The translations under genes were made by a program, and so were the position numbers. A stretch of 64,000 nucleotides of DNA, taken from positions 691,998-755,997 of the forward strand of contig CAVUKA010000003.1 of assembly GCA_963741945.1 (NCBI GenBank), written 5' to 3'. Positions 58,636 through 64,000 of this stretch are shown here, piece after piece (position 1 is the stretch's first letter; every line of letters starts with the position of its first letter). The notes below the pieces were generated by a model. That model searched no databases. It was not told the DNA's origin and saw only the letters and a list, made by a program, of their open reading frames with translations. Source of the stretch: an uncultured Gemmatimonadales bacterium. Lineage in GTDB: Bacteria; Gemmatimonadota; Gemmatimonadetes; Longimicrobiales; RSA9.

Positions 58636-60762
58636 ATGCCTGAACACGATGACCGATACGGGGCCATCCGCCCGCCCGAAGAGCTGAATCCGAGGCGGGA
58701 GGCGGCCCTCGATTTTGCCGACCGCCCGCTGAAGGAGATGACGGCTGCGGATTACGACGCCATCGGCTTCCTCTCGGGGCTCGAGGTGCACCAGCAGCTC
58801 CGCACGCCATCGAAGCTGTTCTGCCGCTGCCCCGCGGGCCGACGGGCGGACCGTGCGGACGCCGAAGTGCTGCGGCACATGCGCCCCACGCTCAGCGAGC
58901 TGGGTGAGTACGACGGCACCGCGCTGATGGAGTTCAAGACGCGCAAGGAGATCGTCTACCTCCTGGAGCGGGGCACGGTCTGTACGTACGAGATGGACGA
59001 CACGCCGCCGTTCCCCGTCGATGACGACGCGGTCCGCATCGCCGTCGAGCTGGCGCTGCTCTTCGACCTGAAGCTCGTTTCGGAGCTCCACGTCATGCGC
59101 AAGCAGTATCTGGACGGCTCGATCCCCACCGGGTTCCAGCGCACGGCCATGGTGGGCGTGGGCGGGAGCATCCCGTTCCGGGTCCCGGAGCTCGGTGTGG
59201 ACCGGCCGCTCTCCATCCGGCAGCTGTCGCTGGAGGAGGACTCCTGCCGCGAGGTCAGCGACCTCGGCCACCGCATCGTCTTCCGCGCCGACCGGCTGGG
59301 GGTCCCGCTCACCGAAGTGGTGACGGAGCCCGAGCTGCGGACGCCATGGGAGCTGCAGGCCGCCGCGCGTCTCATTGCCCGGACGGCGCGCGCCACCGGG
59401 CACGTGCGCCGCGGCGCCGGCGCGGCCCGCCAGGACGTGAATGTGTCGGTAGCGGGCGGGCGTCGCGTCGAGATCAAGGGCGTGCCCCGCCATCGCGGTC
59501 TGCCGCTGCTGGTTCACATCGAGGCGTTCCGTCAGCTGGCGCTCCTGCGGGTGAAGGCGGAGCTGGAGCGCCGGGGCGTCACCCTGGACCTGCTCCCGCT
59601 CCCGGGGCAGGCCCCGGCGTGGGAAGCGTCGAAGCTGGTCGTGGACGCGTCGTCGATCCTCGCACGCACGGGCCACGCACCCCTCCGCCGCGCGCTGGAG
59701 CGGGGCGACACTGCCGTCGCCGTCCGGCTCCCGGGCTTCGCCGGCCTCCTCGACCGTCCTGCGCAGCCGGGAATCCCGTTCGGCCACGAGCTGGCCGAGC
59801 GCGTGCGCGTCATCGCCTGCCCGATCGAACGCCCGTTCACGACCTGGGCGAACGTCGGCGCCGGCGCGGCACCGGTGACGGCGGGATCGGACGCGGGCGG
59901 CCGCGTCCGCGCGCACCCGGGCGCCGCCGACCTGTCGCGGGCGCACTGGCGGGCGATCGAGCAGGCGCTCGGCGCCGAGGGGGGCGACGCCATGATCGTC
60001 GCCTGGGCCCCGGCCGCCGACGCGGACACCGCCGCCCGGGAGATCCTGATCCGCGCCCGCGAAGCGCTGGCGGGCGTGCCCGCGGAAACGCGCCAGGCGC
60101 GGGCGGACGGGACCACGGGCTTCGAGCGCATCCTCCCCGGCGCCGACCGGATGTACCCCGACACGGACACGCCACCGCTCCCCATCGCGGATGCGCTGAT
60201 CGAGCGGGTGGTCGCCGAACTGCCGGAGACCCCATGGGCGCGGGCGGACCGCTACACCGGCCTCGGCCTCGACGTGCGGGAGGCGCAGCGCCTGTCGGCG
60301 GCGCCGTGGGCCGACCTCTTCGACGATGTCGCCCCGGAGGCAGGCGACGTCGCCCGCACCCTCGCCCGCGCACTCCAGCACCGGCTCCCCTTCCACGCCC
60401 GCCGCAGCGGGGCGGCCCCGCCCTCACCCGAGCGCCTGCGTCCGCTCGTCCGGGCACTGGAGGACGGGGACCTGCTTCCGGCCGCCATGGAGCCCGCCCT
60501 GGACGCGCTGGTCACCGGCCCGGAAGTCGCCGCCGCGGAGATCGTTGCCCGCTTCCGCGCTTCGCCGGAAGCCGCGACAGACGTGGAGACCAGGATCCCG
60601 GATGCCGCGGCGCGGGCGCGCAACCTGGGTCCGGCTGAGCCGGCGGCGGCAGTGCGGCGGGCGATGGGGGAGGTCATGCGGGGGTATCACGGGCGAGTGG
60701 ACGCCGCGGACGTGCGGCGCCGCGTCGTCGCCGCGCTGGGGTTCGAAGTGGAGGCAGCGTGA
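58636..60762 (+). CDS. gatE: Glu-tRNA(Gln) amidotransferase subunit E (archaeal-type)
   Basis: GLEVHQQL, KLFCRCP, RPTLSELGEYD, CTYEMDDTPP, MRKQYLDGSIPTGFQRT, LEEDSCR, DRLGVPLTE, RQDVNVSV, RVEIKGV, AspRS-like insert VRLPGFAGLL..QPG, GVPAETR, PGADRMYPDTD, tail MGEVMRGYHGRVD. Confidence 0.95.
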   Translation: MPEHDDRYGAIRPPEELNPRREAALDFADRPLKEMTAADYDAIGFLSGLEVHQQLRTPSKLFCRCPAGRRADRADAEVLRHMRPTLSELGEYDGTALMEFKTRKEIVYLLERGTVCTYEMDDTPPFPVDDDAVRIAVELALLFDLKLVSELHVMRKQYLDGSIPTGFQRTAMVGVGGSIPFRVPELGVDRPLSIRQLSLEEDSCREVSDLGHRIVFRADRLGVPLTEVVTEPELRTPWELQAAARLIARTARATGHVRRGAGAARQDVNVSVAGGRRVEIKGVPRHRGLPLLVHIEAFRQLALLRVKAELERRGVTLDLLPLPGQAPAWEASKLVVDASSILARTGHAPLRRALERGDTAVAVRLPGFAGLLDRPAQPGIPFGHELAERVRVIACPIERPFTTWANVGAGAAPVTAGSDAGGRVRAHPGAADLSRAHWRAIEQALGAEGGDAMIVAWAPAADADTAAREILIRAREALAGVPAETRQARADGTTGFERILPGADRMYPDTDTPPLPIADALIERVVAELPETPWARADRYTGLGLDVREAQRLSAAPWADLFDDVAPEAGDVARTLARALQHRLPFHARRSGAAPPSPERLRPLVRALEDGDLLPAAMEPALDALVTGPEVAAAEIVARFRASPEAATDVETRIPDAAARARNLGPAEPAAAVRRAMGEVMRGYHGRVDAADVRRRVVAALGFEVEAA

Positions 60763-60838
60763 TGGCCGGGGAGACGCTAGGGGAGGTCGGCCGTGCGGGT
60801 CGGCGGCGGGGCCGGCGGCGGCAGAGGGAGGAGCCGGC

Positions 60839-62218
60839 GTGAAGCGCGGTGGCTATCGGGGGCCGGCATGGGAGGTCATGCAGCGTTTCGGCATCACGGC
60901 GTGGTGCGAAGTGCGGGCGACGACCACGCGGGGCGCCTTCATCGGCCTGGTCCTGCCGCGCTCCGAAACCAGCGATGACCTGCACCTGGTCCTGAAGCTC
61001 GGCTCCGGGTACAACGTGGGCCTCCGTCACGACACCCTGCTCGATCTCGAGAAGATCGGCTACCGGGAAGCGCACTACCGGATCCCGGAGAAGGCGTTCC
61101 CCGTCACGCCCGACCTCCCGCGCGTCAAGCTGCTGGGGACGGGCGGGACGATCGCCTCGCGGCTGGACTACCGCACCGGCGCCGTGATCCCGGCGTTCAC
61201 GCCGGGCGAGCTGTACGGCTCCGTCCCGGAGCTGGCGGACGTGTGCAACCTGGAGACGGAGAAGCTGTTCGGCGTGTTCTCGGAGAACATGGGCCCCGAG
61301 CAGTACATCGTGATGGCCGAGAAGATCGGCGAGGCCATCCGCGACGGTTACGAGGGCGTGATGGTCGGCCACGGCACGGACACCATGCACCACACCGCCG
61401 CCGTGCTCAGCTTCATGGTGCAGGACCCGCCGGTCCCCGTGGTCCTGGTGGGGAGCCAGCGCTCGTCGGACCGGCCATCGTCGGACGCAGCCCGCAACCT
61501 CATCAACGCCGCCTGGGCCGCCGGGCACGGACCGATCGCGGAGGTCATGATCTGCATGTTCGGACCGACGTCGGACGTGTACAACCTGCTCCACCGCGGC
61601 ACACGCGTCCGCAAGATGCACAGCTCCGTGCGCAGCACGTTCCGCACGCTGGGCGACATCCCGCTGGCCATGGTGGAGCACGGCTCCCTCACGCCGTTGA
61701 AGGACGACTGGAAGCCCCGCCGCGACGACCGCGACGTGACCATTCTCGCCGCGTTCGATTCCCGGGTCACCCTGGTCTACTACTATCCCGGGATGCAGCC
61801 GGACATCATCGATGCCCTCGTGGAGCGCGGCTACCGCGGGATCGTGCTGGCGGGCACGGGGCTCGGCCACGTCAATCGCCTGATCTACCCCGCGCTGGAG
61901 CGCGCCCGCGACGCCGGCGTCCAGGTCTACATGACGCTTCAGACGCTCTGGGGCTTCGTCCAGATGCACGTCTACGAGACCGGCCGCGAGATCCTGGAGC
62001 TGGGCGTGGTGCCCCTCGCCAACATGCTCCCGGAAGTGGCGTACGTGAAGCTCGGCTGGGCGCTCGGTCTCCACCCGGACGATCCGGACGCGGTGCGCGA
62101 CCTGATGACCACCACGCTCGCCGGCGAGATGACCGAGCGCGAGCCCCACGACGGCTATCTCATCCTCCAGGGCGGTGTGCCCGAGGTACAGGAAGCGCTC
62201 GCGGGCATATGGCGGTGA
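60839..62218 (+). CDS. gatD: Glu-tRNA(Gln) amidotransferase subunit D (archaeal-type)
   Basis: GatD-specific N-domain GLVLPR...HLVLKLGSGYNVG, TGGTIASRLDYRTGAV, HGTDTM, GSQRSSDRPSSD, RVRKMHSS, GTGLGHV, VYETGR, PEVAYVKLGW. GGAGGAG SD before GTG. Confidence 0.95.
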   Translation: MKRGGYRGPAWEVMQRFGITAWCEVRATTTRGAFIGLVLPRSETSDDLHLVLKLGSGYNVGLRHDTLLDLEKIGYREAHYRIPEKAFPVTPDLPRVKLLGTGGTIASRLDYRTGAVIPAFTPGELYGSVPELADVCNLETEKLFGVFSENMGPEQYIVMAEKIGEAIRDGYEGVMVGHGTDTMHHTAAVLSFMVQDPPVPVVLVGSQRSSDRPSSDAARNLINAAWAAGHGPIAEVMICMFGPTSDVYNLLHRGTRVRKMHSSVRSTFRTLGDIPLAMVEHGSLTPLKDDWKPRRDDRDVTILAAFDSRVTLVYYYPGMQPDIIDALVERGYRGIVLAGTGLGHVNRLIYPALERARDAGVQVYMTLQTLWGFVQMHVYETGREILELGVVPLANMLPEVAYVKLGWALGLHPDDPDAVRDLMTTTLAGEMTEREPHDGYLILQGGVPEVQEALAGIWR

Positions 62219-62317
62219 CTCCCCGCCTGATTCCGCGGCGGCGGCCCGGTAGTCAATGGGCCGCCCCCGGGCTACCTTTCGGGCTGCTCCATGGCCTGCA
62301 ATGACGACGATGCCTCG

Positions 62318-64000
62318 ATGACGAATAGATGCCGCCGGTCGCTCGGGCGCCTCGCGACGTTCGCTGCGCTCCTCTCCTTCGCCGCGTGCGGCGCCCCGGT
62401 GAGTCCTGCGCCCCGCGCTGCGCGGCCGGAAACGGCGCCGCAGGCCGCGGGCGGCGCGGCGGAGGCCGCGGCCTGGGACACCGTCACCCGGACGCTGCCC
62501 ACCGGCGTAACGCTGGATCCGGCCGGCCAGCTGGTGGAGATGGGGTCGTTCCCGCTGGCGTTCGTGCTGGCGCCGGACCCGCGCTACGCCGTCGCCATCC
62601 TGAGCGGCTGGCGTCGTCAGGGACTGGACGTGGTGGACCGGGCGGCCGGCCGCGTGGTGCAGCGCGTGTCCCAGCCGGCCGCGTTCCTGGGTCTGACCTT
62701 CTCGCCCGATGGCCGGACGGTCTACGCCTCGGGCGGCAACCAGGACGTGGTCTACCGGTACGACTGGGGCCCCGAGCTGTTGACGTTCCGGGACAGCATC
62801 CCGCTGGCGCCGCCGAACCGTGCGACGGGGCACGTGCCGGGCGAGCCGATGATGGAGAGCGGAGCGCAGCAGGTGGGTCAGCGCTTCCCGGCCGGCCTGG
62901 CGCTGTCGCCCGATGGACACCGCCTCTACGTCGCGGAGAACCTGGGCGATGCGCTGGCCGTGCTGGACGTGGACAGCGGACGGGTGGTGCAGCGGCTCCC
63001 CGCCGGGCGGTATCCGTACGAAGTGGTGGTGGCCCCGGACGGGACCGTCTACGTATCGGCATGGTCCCAGGCCACGGTATCGGTGTTCCGCCCGGAAGGT
63101 GGCGGGCTCGCGCCCGATGGCACCATGGTGGTGGGACGCCATCCCTCGGCCATGGCCTTGAGCCGCGACGGCAGCCGCCTGTTCGTGGCATCGGCGAGCA
63201 CGGACCGGGTGGTGGTGGTGAACACCCGCGAGCGGCGCGTGATCACGGAGCTCTTCGACCGTGCGCCCCACGGCCCCGGTGAGGGGAGCACCCCGAACGC
63301 GCTGGCGCTGTCCCGCGACGGGCGCCGGCTCTTCGTCGCCGAAGCGGACAACAACGCCATCGCGGTATTCGACCTCTCGCCGCGCACGGCCGGGCTGGCC
63401 GCGGGCACCGGGGAGGACCGGCTGGCGGGGAGGATCCCCGTGGACTGGTACCCCACCGACGTCCTCGTGCGGGGCGACACGCTCCTGGCGCTCTCCGGCA
63501 AGGGACTCGGCACGGGGCCGAACCCCGGGCTGCCGCAGCCGGGGCAGCGGGGAACGCGCCGCACGGTCGAGGAGAGCTATACGCTCGGGCAGCTCAATGG
63601 CACCATTCGCTCGATCCCCGGTGGGACGACGCTGCGCGGCCAGGGGCTGGAACGGATGACGCAGCGGGTGGTGGCCGCGAACCACTGGACGCTCCCCCGT
63701 CGGGCGGCCGCGGAGGTCTACCCGCCGTTCGAGCACGTCATCTACGTCATCAAGGAGAACCGGACGTACGACCAGGTGTTCGGGGACATGAGCCCGGGGG
63801 ATGGCGACTCGACGCTCACGCTCTTCCCACGCCACGTCTCGCCCAACCACCACGCCCTGGCCGACCGCTTCGGACTGTTCGACCGCTTCTTCGTGAATGC
63901 CGAGGTGAGTGCCGACGGCCACAACTGGTCGACCGCCGCCTACGCCACCGACTACGTGGAGAAGACGGTCCCGTCCAACTACGCGGGGCTCCGGCCGAGC
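62318..64000 (+). CDS. YncE/YVTN beta-propeller plus phosphoesterase lipoprotein (runs off window)
   Basis: Manual translation: MTNRCRRSLGRLATFAALLSFAAC..., propeller repeats (LSPDGHRLYVAE, GRIPVDWYP), HVIYVIKENRTYDQVFGD, PNHHALA, AEVSADGHNWS. Confidence 0.88.
   Translation, partial: MTNRCRRSLGRLATFAALLSFAACGAPVSPAPRAARPETAPQAAGGAAEAAAWDTVTRTLPTGVTLDPAGQLVEMGSFPLAFVLAPDPRYAVAILSGWRRQGLDVVDRAAGRVVQRVSQPAAFLGLTFSPDGRTVYASGGNQDVVYRYDWGPELLTFRDSIPLAPPNRATGHVPGEPMMESGAQQVGQRFPAGLALSPDGHRLYVAENLGDALAVLDVDSGRVVQRLPAGRYPYEVVVAPDGTVYVSAWSQATVSVFRPEGGGLAPDGTMVVGRHPSAMALSRDGSRLFVASASTDRVVVVNTRERRVITELFDRAPHGPGEGSTPNALALSRDGRRLFVAEADNNAIAVFDLSPRTAGLAAGTGEDRLAGRIPVDWYPTDVLVRGDTLLALSGKGLGTGPNPGLPQPGQRGTRRTVEESYTLGQLNGTIRSIPGGTTLRGQGLERMTQRVVAANHWTLPRRAAAEVYPPFEHVIYVIKENRTYDQVFGDMSPGDGDSTLTLFPRHVSPNHHALADRFGLFDRFFVNAEVSADGHNWSTAAYATDYVEKTVPSNYAGLRPS

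Noticed and set aside
60839-62218. Plain L-asparaginase call for gatD, and gatB call for gatE
   Set aside because: The GatD-specific N-domain, ASRLDYRTGAV and QRSSDRPSSD motifs, and the GatE-specific insertion and RQDVNVS/RPTLSELGE motifs argue for GatDE.
60674-63922. 1082-aa minus-strand ORF, and similar long antisense ORFs (e.g. 39181-42174, 15324-17411, 9141-10775)
   Set aside because: Antisense shadows of well-supported genes, expected at this GC content, with no recognisable motifs.

Overview
High-GC bacterial chromosomal segment with about 50 genes. Gene style (SusC/SusD pair, many lipoproteins, TolB-N/TPR membrane protein, sigma54-type motifs) suggests Gemmatimonadota, but this is inference only. 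No rRNA, tRNA, CRISPR array, transposase or phage genes were recognised. In order, the window holds: an aldo/keto reductase, an ANKH/MOP-like transporter, YwiC, Tex, a SusC-SusD-S9 peptidase locus, PBP1A, a tRNA-binding OB-fold protein, an ABC pair, an S1/P1 nuclease, a cysteine-desulfurase-like gene, an 8-gene TIGR04290-methyltransferase/epimerase/CgeB-glycosyltransferase operon, an MltD-like LysM transglycosylase, glutamate dehydrogenase with two barrel-less PEP-synthase-like dikinases, yhbY, a kinase-like/Omp85 fusion, trxA-ybdK-flippase-dsbA, an acyl-CoA ligase, an M28 peptidase, sdaAA/sdaAB, gatE-gatD and a YncE/phosphoesterase. Top observations: (1) an intact archaeal-type GatDE amidotransferase in a bacterial context; (2) a GDH operon with two ATP-grasp/phospho-His dikinases that lack a substrate barrel, one carrying a GAF-like sensor; (3) a strong-SD 8-codon leader peptide ending Pro-Pro-stop upstream of the SusCD-peptidase locus; (4) yhbY apparently starting at ATC. 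Three single-base frameshifts suggest assembly indels. All family calls come from motif recognition by eye; no searches were run.
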